Assembly: GCA_934086395.1 (NCBI GenBank) | Contig: CAKOIE010000004.1 | Span: forward strand, 285-64,284 | Length of the DNA stretch: 64,000 nucleotides | From: an uncultured Bacilli bacterium | GTDB taxonomy: Bacteria; Bacillota_I; Bacilli_A; RF39; UBA660 | Direction: 5' to 3' | Part shown: positions 18,537-27,624 of the stretch, piece after piece | Position numbering within the stretch: the first letter of the stretch is position 1 | Layout: every line of letters starts with the position of its first letter | Notes under the pieces: model-generated | The model's input: the letters and a program-made list of their open reading frames with translations, nothing else | What the model was told of the DNA's origin: nothing | Database searches by the model: none | Translations under genes and position numbers: made by a program

Positions 18537-19109
18537 TTAAAACATTTCATTTTTACAAATTACTGGAATATTAATATTTAATGATGAAACTATAGACTTA
18601 ACAATATCCCTATCATTTTGATTTTTTACAACAATACACTTTATATAATTTTTATCTATTTTATTCTCAAAAAGAATCTCTTTTTGTATATCGTCACTTG
18701 TTAAAAAACTTTTAATAGAATCCATACCTATCAATTTTTCTTTATTTGTTTTTAGCAAAAAATTTATTTCAGAAGTTGCTGCATTCTTATAACAGTAATA
18801 AATATTATTGTTTGAATTATCAAGTAGTGATAAATCTAATACAAGAATAATCCAAATATTCAAATTATTAGTATTATTATGTTCTTTTTTATATAACATT
18901 CTTTTATTAATAATATTGGTTGATACACTTATATAGTTCAGTTGAGCATCAAAACGATTTTTATCAGTATTCACGTATTTAATATTATTCTTTTTCATAT
19001 TTTCTACTGATAATATTCCATTATTTAATATTGATTCTAAGTTATAAATACTAGTAAAGTGAGTTAGAAAATCTATACCATGTTTTTTAAATAAAAGACT
19101 ATTGTTCAT
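18537..19109 (-). CDS. DarT-like (DUF4433-type) ADP-ribosyltransferase domain protein
   Basis: 190 aa. LTHFTSIYNLESILNNGILS parallels the DarT N-terminal YH-x-T-x-x-NL-x-IL-x-G-x-L motif. NRFD (R52), YYCYKNAATS and QKEILF (E144) parallel the DarT R, F-x-D-x-x-A and QAEFLV catalytic-Glu motifs. Assigned by eye only. Confidence 0.55.
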   Translation of the reverse strand: MNNSLLFKKHGIDFLTHFTSIYNLESILNNGILSVENMKKNNIKYVNTDKNRFDAQLNYISVSTNIINKRMLYKKEHNNTNNLNIWIILVLDLSLLDNSNNNIYYCYKNAATSEINFLLKTNKEKLIGMDSIKSFLTSDDIQKEILFENKIDKNYIKCIVVKNQNDRDIVKSIVSSLNINIPVICKNEMF

Positions 19110-19300
19110 TCTAATTATTCACCTACCATATTAACAATATTGTATCATATTTTTTACATTTTTATTATACATATAAATAAGAATTTAAAAAACTTAATTA
19201 TTAAAAAAAATTTTAATATTATTTCATGATAAATTGAATAAATATACTATATATTTATTCATTAATTAGTCTATCAATTATTTGCTTTATTTGGTGCTAT

Positions 19301-19328
19301 AATAAAAAGTAGACTTTAAATCTACTTT
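19301..19328 (-). terminator. Intrinsic terminator after the DHH gene, insulating the downstream island
   Basis: Perfect 7-bp stem (19307-19313 pairs with 19321-19327) followed by a U-run on the minus strand. It overlaps the DHH stop codon. Confidence 0.65.
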
Positions 19329-20356
19329 GTAAATTTTAATACTTTTCCAACACTGTTTTCATTACTTAATGTTGCAGTTGGATTTAAAATATGGGTAAGC
19401 TCATCTACGATACATTTAATGGTTGTACCTTTTACTCTAGCGGCTCCTGATGTAGTGCTTCCTCCACCAACAAACATTTTCATAATTTGTGATATATCTA
19501 TATTTCCTTTACTTCTAGCACTAATACTTATTGTATCTTGATCAATATACGCAATTGCAAAAGAAGCATCTACTTTATATCTTAATATATAATCTGAACA
19601 CTTAGCGATATCTTCTATTGAATAAATTATGCCACTATCATTGGTATCGGCAGCAATACCTATTGAATAAGTAAAGAACTTAGTACTATCAACAAGTTTT
19701 TGCATTACTCTTTCATGTTCAAATTCTTCTAAGAACAAATTGTTAACAGCTTCAGGATTAGCACCCCTACTAGTTAATTCTGATAACACACTAAATGTTT
19801 TCGAAGTTAAGTTTTTAGTTAATCTATTGGTATCTAGTACAATACCAGCAAGTAAATAATTTGCTTGGTCAGGCGTAATTTTAATTTTAGACATAAATAA
19901 TAATCTTGATATTTCTTCACATGTACTAGAAATTGTTGTATCAACAAATATATTAGGTGTTTTAATTGTATATTCATCAGTTTTATGATGATCAATAATT
20001 AGAATATTTTTAAAATTCTCTAAATAATCATTAACACTTATTAAATAGTCTTTATTAGCATCTACACAAACTAGTAAACTATTATCAGTAAGATAACTAT
20101 CTAAATCCGCTATTCTTATTATATTATGTTTAACTTTAATTTCTTCTATTAATTTTTTTATTTCACCTGGTAACTCTTTTATATCATCGTTAATAATAAT
20201 ATAGCTCTTTCTTTTATGTTTACCAGCTATTAGACTCATTCCTACACATGCACCAAGAGCATCATAGTCAGGTCTATTATGTGGAACTATAAACACCGCA
20301 TCAGATTCAACCATAAGGTTATCTAATGTTAGTTTCAGCTCACCTGTATTTTCCAT
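19322..20356 (-). CDS. DHH/DHHA1 family phosphoesterase (NrnA-like)
   Basis: Motifs HNRPDYDALG, DANKD, IIDHHKT and a C-terminal GGGS-x-x-SGAA (DHHA1-like). AGGAGG RBS. Confidence 0.75.
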   Translation of the reverse strand: MENTGELKLTLDNLMVESDAVFIVPHNRPDYDALGACVGMSLIAGKHKRKSYIIINDDIKELPGEIKKLIEEIKVKHNIIRIADLDSYLTDNSLLVCVDANKDYLISVNDYLENFKNILIIDHHKTDEYTIKTPNIFVDTTISSTCEEISRLLFMSKIKITPDQANYLLAGIVLDTNRLTKNLTSKTFSVLSELTSRGANPEAVNNLFLEEFEHERVMQKLVDSTKFFTYSIGIAADTNDSGIIYSIEDIAKCSDYILRYKVDASFAIAYIDQDTISISARSKGNIDISQIMKMFVGGGSTTSGAARVKGTTIKCIVDELTHILNPTATLSNENSVGKVLKFTK

Positions 20357-20506
20357 TTTTTAATTTTCCTCCTAAAAAAATATACATTAAATTAATAATG
20401 TATAGACTGATTATAGCATTTAATTTTAAAAAGTCAAATTTGTTCAAAATTCCTATTTTTCACTAAAAAATCACCATTATTTTCTAATAGTGATTCTATA
20501 TTTAAA

Positions 20507-21037
20507 CTACTTTTCTTCTTTTTTAGCAGTTGTTTTTTTAGCTGTAGTTTTAGTTGCAGTCTTCTTTTCAGTAGATTTAGCTGTAGTAGTTTTTTTAGTA
20601 GCAGTTTTTTTAACTTCTTTAACTTCTTCAGCTTTTTCTTCCTTTTTTTCTGCTTTTACTTCAGCTGCTTTAGGCATTTTACCATTTAAAGCATCTTTAG
20701 CAATTTTAACTAATTCAGTAAAATATTTAGGATTATCAATTGCTACTTCTGAAAGCATTTTTCTATTAATTTCAATTCCAGCTTTATTTAAACCATTAAT
20801 AAATTGTGAATATGAAATTTCATTTTCTCTACAAGCAGCATTAACTCTTGTAATCCATAATTTTCTAAAGTTTCTCTTATTTTGTTTACGATCTCTAAAT
20901 GCATAAGCACCACTATGGAAAGTTTGTTCTTGTGCAGTTTTAAATAATCTATGTTTAGATCCAAAATATCCTTTAGCTTGTTTTAAAACTTTTCTTCTTC
21001 TATTTTTAGCTACGTTTCCGCCTTTAACTCTTGCCAT
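20507..21037 (-). CDS. rplT: 50S ribosomal protein L20 with a roughly 55-aa Lys/Thr/Ala/Glu-rich C-terminal extension
   Basis: [35 protein letters not shown]... is canonical L20 over about 120 aa. It is followed by the tail [54 protein letters not shown]. Ends in TAG. Confidence 0.95.
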   Translation of the reverse strand: MARVKGGNVAKNRRRKVLKQAKGYFGSKHRLFKTAQEQTFHSGAYAFRDRKQNKRNFRKLWITRVNAACRENEISYSQFINGLNKAGIEINRKMLSEVAIDNPKYFTELVKIAKDALNGKMPKAAEVKAEKKEEKAEEVKEVKKTATKKTTTAKSTEKKTATKTTAKKTTAKKEEK

Positions 21038-21047
21038 TTATACCACC

Positions 21048-21236
21048 TTAGATAACAGATTTTAATCTGCTAGCTTCTCCTTTCGCTAATATTCCCTTAT
21101 TTCTTCTTTGTCTAATTTGTTTACTAGAATCTTTAGCAGTTTTATGATTTCCACCAGATACTTTATAAACTAATGCTCCATTTTTTTTCTTTTTTAATAC
21201 CTTTGATGAAGCTTTATGTGTTTTTTGTTTTGGCAT
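21048..21236 (-). CDS. rpmI: 50S ribosomal protein L35
   Basis: MPKQKTHKASSKVLKKKKNG... matches an L35-like sequence. It sits between infC and rplT. Confidence 0.93.
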   Translation of the reverse strand: MPKQKTHKASSKVLKKKKNGALVYKVSGGNHKTAKDSSKQIRQRRNKGILAKGEASRLKSVI

Positions 21237-21254
21237 AACTAAATCCTCTCCTTC

Positions 21255-21782
21255 TTATTTTTTTGGTGCCAATATCATAGTCATTGTACGACCTTCTAAT
21301 TTGGGTTTTGCTTCTACTACACTTACTTCTGATAATTCATCAGCAAAGCGAATTAGAACATCTCTACCTAAATCAGTATGTGCCATTTGACGGCCTTTAA
21401 ATCTAATTGAAGTCTTAATTTTATGACCTTTTATTAAATAATTTTCAGCATTTTTCTTTCTTGTATTAAAGTCGCCAATATCAATAGTAACTGATAATTG
21501 ATACTCTTTCATATCTTTATTATTTGCTCTTTGAGTTTTTAATGCTTCTTTTGCTCTTTTTTGTTTTTCGTATTTGTGTTTGTTATAATCCATAATTTTA
21601 CCAACAGGTCTATCATTACCTGGGTTCATTAGAACTAAATCAAGTCCTGCATAAGACGCAAGTGTTAGAGCATCTTTTAAAGCTTTAGTACCTAATTGCT
21701 CTCCATTAGGACCAATTACCATTAATTCATTGACTTTAATTTGATCATTAATTAATAAGTCATCTTTTTTGACATTTGCTAT
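21255..21782 (-). CDS. infC: Translation initiation factor IF-3, probable non-AUG (AUA) start
   Basis: The IF-3 sequence starts at (I)ANVKKDDLLINDQIKVNELMVIGPNGEQLG. GGAGGTG lies 7 nt upstream of the ATA at 21780-21782. The upstream ATG in the ORF track adds a non-homologous hydrophobic extension. Confidence 0.9.
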   Translation of the reverse strand: MANVKKDDLLINDQIKVNELMVIGPNGEQLGTKALKDALTLASYAGLDLVLMNPGNDRPVGKIMDYNKHKYEKQKRAKEALKTQRANNKDMKEYQLSVTIDIGDFNTRKKNAENYLIKGHKIKTSIRFKGRQMAHTDLGRDVLIRFADELSEVSVVEAKPKLEGRTMTMILAPKK

Positions 21783-21789
21783 TGTAAAG

Positions 21790-21960
21790 CACCTCCATAT
21801 TATCAAAAAATGAATGCTTAATGCATTCATCCATATAAAAACCAATTCACTTTATTTCATGGCTTTTAACCTATCAGCTACTATCTTGTGCCAATCAGGT
21901 GGACTTGTGCAATCGCTTTCCTTTTTAGAAACAACTGTATTATTACATTTTTAGCTCGTA
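21790..21960 (-). promoter_or_regulatory. infC operon leader with attenuator hairpin (L20-leader-like)
   Basis: On the minus strand: TTGACA-N16/17-TAATAAT promoter near 21930-21960. A structured leader of about 120 nt follows. The hairpin TGAATGC-ATTA-GCATTCA plus U7 (21804-21830) sits immediately before the infC RBS. Confidence 0.5.
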
Positions 21961-22040
21961 TTGTCAAGTATCTTTAATACTATTTCATCATAATTTTATA
22001 CATTTTGTTAAAAATTATTACAAAAATCAAAAAAAGATGA

Positions 22041-24257
22041 TTACTCACCTTTTCTAAATAAACCTTTTCTTGATTTTTTTTCAGTTTTTTCTTCTTTATT
22101 TTCTTTAACTTCTTCTTTAGAAGATTTCTTTTTCTCACTACCAAATAAAGCTTCTTTTCTTGATAAGTTAAGTCTTCCACGATTATCATATCCTAAAGAT
22201 TTTACAACAATTTCATCTCCAACTTTAACTATATCACTAGGTTTATTAATTCTTTCTTTATCTAATTGAGAAACATGTACTAAACCTTCACAACCAGGCC
22301 ATAATTCAACAAAACATCCGAAATCTTCAACCTTAGTAACTTTACCATTATAAATTTTACCATCTTCAACTTCTCTAACGATTTGTTCAATTCTTTCCAT
22401 AGTTCTTTCAATAACTTCTTGATTAGTATGATAAACAATAACTCTTCCGTCATCTTCAATATCAATTTTAACTGCATCTTTATCAGAAACAGTCTTAACA
22501 CCTTCTGGAGAACATTCTAAAATAATCTTAGTAATCATTTCTCCGCCTCTACCAATAACATCTTTAATCTTTTCTGGATCGATATTCATCATCTTAATCT
22601 TAGGAGCATATGGTGATAATTCTTTTCTTGGCTCAGCAATAACGCTTTCCATTAAATCAAGAATTTGCATTCTAGCTTTTTTAGCTTGTTCTAATGCTTC
22701 TTTTAAGATTGCTTTAGTAACACCTTTAATCTTGATATCCATTTGTAATGCAGTAATACCTTTTCTAGTACCAGCAACTTTAAAGTCCATATCTCCCATA
22801 TGATCTTCAAGTCCTTGAATATCTGTTAAAATAGTATATTTTTTACCTTTAGTAATAAGTCCCATTGCAATTCCCGCAACTGGTGCTTTAATTGGAACTC
22901 CTGCAGCCATAAGTGATAAACATCCTGCACAAATACTTGCTTGTGATGATGATCCATTACTTTCTAATATTTCAGATACTACTCTTATTGTATAAGGAAA
23001 TTCTTCTTCAGATGGAATAACTTGTAATAAAGCTCTTTCTCCTAATGCACCATGACCAATTTCTCTTCTACCAGGAGCACCATATCTACCAGTTTCACCT
23101 ACACTAAAATTAGGAAAATTATAATGAAGCATAAATCTCTTAGTATCTTCAAGTCCTAAACCATCTAAAATTTGATGTTCTCCTATAGCTCCAAGTGTTG
23201 TTGTTGCTAAAGCCTGAGTTTGTCCTCTAGTAAAAACAGCTGATCCATGAGTTCTAGGAAGTAAATCAATGTAAGCAGATAGTGGTCTAATTTCATCTAA
23301 CGCTCTTCCATCAGGTCTTACATGTTTATTAGTAATTAAATCTCTAACAACTTCTCCTTCAATATTATTAACAATCTTAGTTACATCTTTTTCTATTGTT
23401 TCTACATCAGGATATTTTTCTAAGAAATAATTAATAGTTTCTTCTTTAACTTCATCAATTTTAGCATAACTTGCAAGTTTATCTTTAATTTGAACTGCTT
23501 CAAGCATTTTACCTTCGGCATATTCTTTAACTTCTTTTTCTAATTTTTCATCAATCTTAGCAAGCTCAACAGCAACTTTTTCTTGTCCAACAGCTTCAAT
23601 TATACTTTCTTGGAATTCACATAACATCTTAACATGTTTTTGTCCAAACATTAAAGCAGCTAACATATCTTCTTCACTTGCTTCATGAGCTCCTGCTTCA
23701 ATCATACAAATATCATTTTTAGTTCCAGCAACTGTTACAGTAAGTTCACATTTATCTATTTGTTCACTTGTTGGATTAATAATAAATTCTTTACCAATTT
23801 TACCAACTACTACTCCTGCAACTGGTCCATCAAATGGAATTTTTGATATTCCAAGCGCTAAGCTTGAACCAAATAATGCAGTCATTTCCGGTGAGTTATT
23901 TGGATCAACAGATAATATTGTATTAATAACTTGTACTTCATTTCTAAAGTTTTCATCAAACATCGGTCTAATTGGTCTATCTATTTGACGAGCAGCAAGA
24001 GTTGCAGCATCAGTAGGTTTTCCTTCTCTTTTAATAAACCCACCTGGTATTTTACCAACTGAATATAATTTTTCATTATAAACAACTGTTAAAGGAAAGA
24101 AATCACCAGTTCCTACTGTATCACTCATTACAGCAGCAGATAATACAACTGTATCACCATATCTAACAAGTACAGCACCATCTGCTTGTTTAGCAAGTTC
24201 TCCAGTTTCAACAACTAATTTTCTCCCTAAAAAATCATAAACAAATTCTTTTTTCAT
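22041..24257 (-). CDS. pnp: Polyribonucleotide nucleotidyltransferase (PNPase)
   Basis: 738 aa with two RNase PH-like domains, KH and S1 domains ([20 protein letters not shown]). Lys/Glu-rich C-terminal tail. Confidence 0.97.
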   Translation of the reverse strand: MKKEFVYDFLGRKLVVETGELAKQADGAVLVRYGDTVVLSAAVMSDTVGTGDFFPLTVVYNEKLYSVGKIPGGFIKREGKPTDAATLAARQIDRPIRPMFDENFRNEVQVINTILSVDPNNSPEMTALFGSSLALGISKIPFDGPVAGVVVGKIGKEFIINPTSEQIDKCELTVTVAGTKNDICMIEAGAHEASEEDMLAALMFGQKHVKMLCEFQESIIEAVGQEKVAVELAKIDEKLEKEVKEYAEGKMLEAVQIKDKLASYAKIDEVKEETINYFLEKYPDVETIEKDVTKIVNNIEGEVVRDLITNKHVRPDGRALDEIRPLSAYIDLLPRTHGSAVFTRGQTQALATTTLGAIGEHQILDGLGLEDTKRFMLHYNFPNFSVGETGRYGAPGRREIGHGALGERALLQVIPSEEEFPYTIRVVSEILESNGSSSQASICAGCLSLMAAGVPIKAPVAGIAMGLITKGKKYTILTDIQGLEDHMGDMDFKVAGTRKGITALQMDIKIKGVTKAILKEALEQAKKARMQILDLMESVIAEPRKELSPYAPKIKMMNIDPEKIKDVIGRGGEMITKIILECSPEGVKTVSDKDAVKIDIEDDGRVIVYHTNQEVIERTMERIEQIVREVEDGKIYNGKVTKVEDFGCFVELWPGCEGLVHVSQLDKERINKPSDIVKVGDEIVVKSLGYDNRGRLNLSRKEALFGSEKKKSSKEEVKENKEEKTEKKSRKGLFRKGE

Positions 24258-24309
24258 TTTATCCTTCTCTCTTTTTCAATATAAAAAGACACTAAAAAAT
24301 ATAGTGCCC

Positions 24310-24579
24310 TTATTTTCTAATATTTAATTTTTTAATAACTTCACGATATTTAACAACATCATTTTTCTTTAAATAATCTAATAAACTTCTTCTCTTACCA
24401 ATCATTAAGTGTAATCCTCTTTTTGAATGATAATCATGTTTATTATCTTTTAAATGTTCTGTTAAATTGTTAATCTTATCTGTTAAGATAGCAATTTGTA
24501 CTGAAGTATCTCCAGTATTTTTAGCATCTTTAGCAAATTCTTGAACTCTAGATGCAATTTGTTCTTTACTTACAGCCAT
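24310..24579 (-). CDS. rpsO: 30S ribosomal protein S15
   Basis: [70 protein letters not shown] is canonical S15. Confidence 0.95.
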   Translation of the reverse strand: MAVSKEQIASRVQEFAKDAKNTGDTSVQIAILTDKINNLTEHLKDNKHDYHSKRGLHLMIGKRRSLLDYLKKNDVVKYREVIKKLNIRK

Positions 24580-24719
24580 AATTAAATCCATTCCTTTCTA
24601 TTAAACATTAATCGGTTATAACCTAGTCTAAATTCCGAAAGGAAAATCTAAACCACGTTAAAACTTCAACTAGTCATAATATACTATATTTTATAATGAA
24701 AAGTCAAACATAAATTTTA

Positions 24720-25925
24720 CTATTTTCTCTTATTTTTGTACTTTTTAACATTTGATTCACTTAGTAATCCATCTTCTACTATTGAATCTATAGCCTCTTC
24801 ATTATTATAGTTTAAAATAACTCTTAATAATTTACACTTTGTTAAAAAATCAAGTTCATCTTTAAAATTAATTAGAAATTCAATTGCCATATTTTCATTG
24901 TTTTCAATAATTATTTCACTAGCAAATTCATTAACATTAAATTGTTCAGCAATTAAATCTTTTAAATCTTCATCTAAATAGTCAGCTTTACAAATAGCTT
25001 TTTTTAATTTTATTGTATCTTCATTATTTAAATTATGAGTAACAAGATAAGCTGAAAGTGCATGATCATTAATATTATTAACATTTTCTAAAAATGCATC
25101 AATTTCACGATTTGATATAAGTTCTAATCCATTATTAGAAGCATAATTATTATACTTTTCAATTAATACTTGTATTTTTTTAGACTCATTAAGATAATAA
25201 TTTTCTTCATTTTCACCATCATTACAGAAATATATTTTTTCATAAACTTTTTCATAATATGTATTTACTACATATGAAAATAATTCACTAATCTTACGTC
25301 TTACAACAATCATTAAAGCTTTTTCACTTATTTTTTGTTTCATTTTATTTATAAAAAAGCTAAAATACTCATCTGTCGGAATAATATTTTGCTTTAAATT
25401 ACCTATATATTGAAATTTATCCAATTCTTTTTGATATACCTTAATATTTGTTAATTTATCTAACGGTGTAGAAAATTTAATACATTCCTTTTTTATTGGA
25501 CATAAAATCTTTTTATCTACAAGTTCTTTTATTTCAGCAACACTATAATTTTTAGTTTTTAATTTAAATGAATCATCACATGCACATTTTATTTCTAAAT
25601 TATATAAATATACAGCTCTACTATCAAATATACCAGTCATTGGTTTTAAATCAATTTCCTCAACAGGAATTGTAACTATTTTTGTATACTGTTTATTATC
25701 TCTATAACTTAGATATTCTAATAAATCATTACTTGTAAATTCAATATTAAAAAATCTTTTTGCAATTAAATAATAATTTAATTCATTACTTGGATTATTT
25801 AAAAAATTTAAAATATCATTATATTCATTTTCTTCTCTTTCCGGCAAATGGACATTATTTAGTTGTTCAACTACATCTTCATCGCTATTAATTTCTTTTA
25901 ATAAATCTTTAAATTTAATTCTCAC
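24720..25925 (-). CDS. Hypothetical protein
   Basis: 401-aa ORF with a GTG start. No recognisable motif. Confidence 0.5.
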   Translation of the reverse strand: MRIKFKDLLKEINSDEDVVEQLNNVHLPEREENEYNDILNFLNNPSNELNYYLIAKRFFNIEFTSNDLLEYLSYRDNKQYTKIVTIPVEEIDLKPMTGIFDSRAVYLYNLEIKCACDDSFKLKTKNYSVAEIKELVDKKILCPIKKECIKFSTPLDKLTNIKVYQKELDKFQYIGNLKQNIIPTDEYFSFFINKMKQKISEKALMIVVRRKISELFSYVVNTYYEKVYEKIYFCNDGENEENYYLNESKKIQVLIEKYNNYASNNGLELISNREIDAFLENVNNINDHALSAYLVTHNLNNEDTIKLKKAICKADYLDEDLKDLIAEQFNVNEFASEIIIENNENMAIEFLINFKDELDFLTKCKLLRVILNYNNEEAIDSIVEDGLLSESNVKKYKNKRK

Positions 25926-25938
25926 TTAAAATAACCTT

Positions 25939-26637
25939 CTATCTTGTTTTAACTTTCACATCTTCTTTTTTAATATCACCAAATAATCTTGATTCATCAC
26001 CAGCAAGTGCTAGTGCATAGTTATATAAAGAATTTGTTCCAGCATATTCAGTATTAACTAATTTAAGATTAGTAAAATCTGTTAAAATTACAGTTCCATC
26101 TTCAAACTCTACTTGTACTTTATCATCATCATCCCAATCCTTCCATGAAACTACTTTTTTAACAAATACACCATTTTCATTTTCAATAATACAATAATTA
26201 AAATTATAATTTAAACTATATGTTTTATTCCAACCATATGCATCAAGTCTAGTACTTAAATTTTGTAATTTATCATAACTTATTACTCTTGAAACTTCAC
26301 CACCAGATAATTCAACTGCTAAATCATAAACATTATCATAATCAGTTGCTCTAACTAGTCCTACATTTTGTACACCAGTCAAAACTTGTAAACCATCTGC
26401 TGTTGAGTATTCAACAACTTCACCAGAATAATCTGAATAGTTATCAACTTTAGCAATCATTGTCCCCTCACCATTATAATCAATAACTGCATTAAATTCT
26501 TTTACAGTATCAAAATTATCTCTATTTGAATTCAATTTACTACATGCCTTAATTCCACCAAATACTAATCCTCCAATAGTAAGAATACTAACAACTAGCT
26601 TAGCATTTTCAAAACTATCATTACTATAATATCCCAT
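25939..26637 (-). CDS. Membrane-anchored hypothetical protein with an internal domain duplication
   Basis: N-terminal TM segment (VVSILTIGGLVFGGI). Two roughly 60-aa segments show a similar pattern: VDNYSDYSGEVVEYSTADGLQVLTG... versus WKDWDDDDKVQVEFEDGTVILTD... Confidence 0.5.
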   Translation of the reverse strand: MGYYSNDSFENAKLVVSILTIGGLVFGGIKACSKLNSNRDNFDTVKEFNAVIDYNGEGTMIAKVDNYSDYSGEVVEYSTADGLQVLTGVQNVGLVRATDYDNVYDLAVELSGGEVSRVISYDKLQNLSTRLDAYGWNKTYSLNYNFNYCIIENENGVFVKKVVSWKDWDDDDKVQVEFEDGTVILTDFTNLKLVNTEYAGTNSLYNYALALAGDESRLFGDIKKEDVKVKTR

Positions 26638-26771
26638 ATAAATTTCCTCCTTGATTAGGGCATACTATAGCATAAAATTAGCATTTTGTAAATATGCATA
26701 AATCTTAAGCATTTCTAAAAATTATTTTTAATAATCATAATTAAAAGATAACATTTAAAATATTTCCCTAA

Positions 26772-27182
26772 TTATTTTGTACAATATGTCATTGTTTCGT
26801 CAACATTGTTTGATAAAATAATATCTTTTATTCCACCATTTTCCGGCAAGCTATTACATTTTACTAGATAGAAATCTTGATTTTTTGATTTATAAATTTT
26901 AGATCCTCCATCATTAGCAGTTGTATACAAATCCATTAAAGAAATAATGTCATCTATAGAAATTGAATCATTGTTTAATTCTTCTTTTAAATTAATTTCA
27001 GCACCATTTTCTTTAATAAACATTGGATTAGGAAAAGTAGAATATATTGTTGTGTGTTCATTTAATTTATAAATTTCATACATATCATATGTTTTTTTCT
27101 TTTCTTCCTTTTCTTTAATTGAACATCCTGATAGCAAAATTAACGCAAAAATAGCAATTATGATTTTTTTCTTCATTATCAT
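26772..27182 (-). CDS. Lipoprotein, function unknown
   Basis: Signal peptide with a lipobox (ILLSGCS). Confidence 0.6.
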   Translation of the reverse strand: MIMKKKIIIAIFALILLSGCSIKEKEEKKKTYDMYEIYKLNEHTTIYSTFPNPMFIKENGAEINLKEELNNDSISIDDIISLMDLYTTANDGGSKIYKSKNQDFYLVKCNSLPENGGIKDIILSNNVDETMTYCTK

Positions 27183-27222
27183 TAGTCTCCTTTCTAAAAT
27201 AATTATATCAAATATTTAAACA

Positions 27223-27624
27223 TTATAAAATTACAATTTCAGTTATATCATCTAAATAAATTTTTTCATTATCAATCATTTTAATATATCCATTAACTAA
27301 ATCTAATGATTTAACTTTACCGGTTTTATTTATATATTTTCCGCCTTCTTTTTTTAAATCAGCAATAAAATAAGTGATCTTAATTTTCAAATGTTTATTA
27401 ACATTTTCATTTATTATATTTAAAGTTTCATTAATTTTCTTAATACTTTCTTCATCTAAAATATGTTTTCTTGTTGTTAATCTAGCCGTTTCTTCTATTT
27501 CTTCATCATAGCCAGTTAAGGCTGCAAAAGGGGCAAATTGTCCAGCTCTTTTATCTATACTCATTCTAGAATGATACTTAGGCTCATAATGAGGTAGATT
27601 AATAATATCTTCATATTTATTCAT
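27223..27624 (-). CDS. YolD-like protein
   Basis: MSIDKRAGQFAPFAALTGYDEEIEE is the YolD-like signature. The ATG overlaps the stop of the upstream Y-family polymerase gene by 1 nt, as in uvrX-yolD pairs. Confidence 0.75.
   Translation of the reverse strand: MNKYEDIINLPHYEPKYHSRMSIDKRAGQFAPFAALTGYDEEIEETARLTTRKHILDEESIKKINETLNIINENVNKHLKIKITYFIADLKKEGGKYINKTGKVKSLDLVNGYIKMIDNEKIYLDDITEIVIL

Noticed and set aside
14318-19109. The DarT-like/helicase island as a tRNA-Gln-targeted integrative element
   Set aside because: The island lies on the 5' side of the tRNA. I found no direct repeat of the tRNA 3' end at its far boundary, and there is no integrase gene.
20490-20906. Long ORFs antisense to real genes: 20490-20906 opposite rplT; 6226-6507, 51532-51777, 57329-57583 and 62229-62474 opposite family genes; 51750-52046 opposite polA; 16228-16833 opposite the helicase; and others
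   Set aside because: These are shadow ORFs with low-complexity hydrophobic translations, no RBS, and complete overlap with well-supported genes on the other strand.
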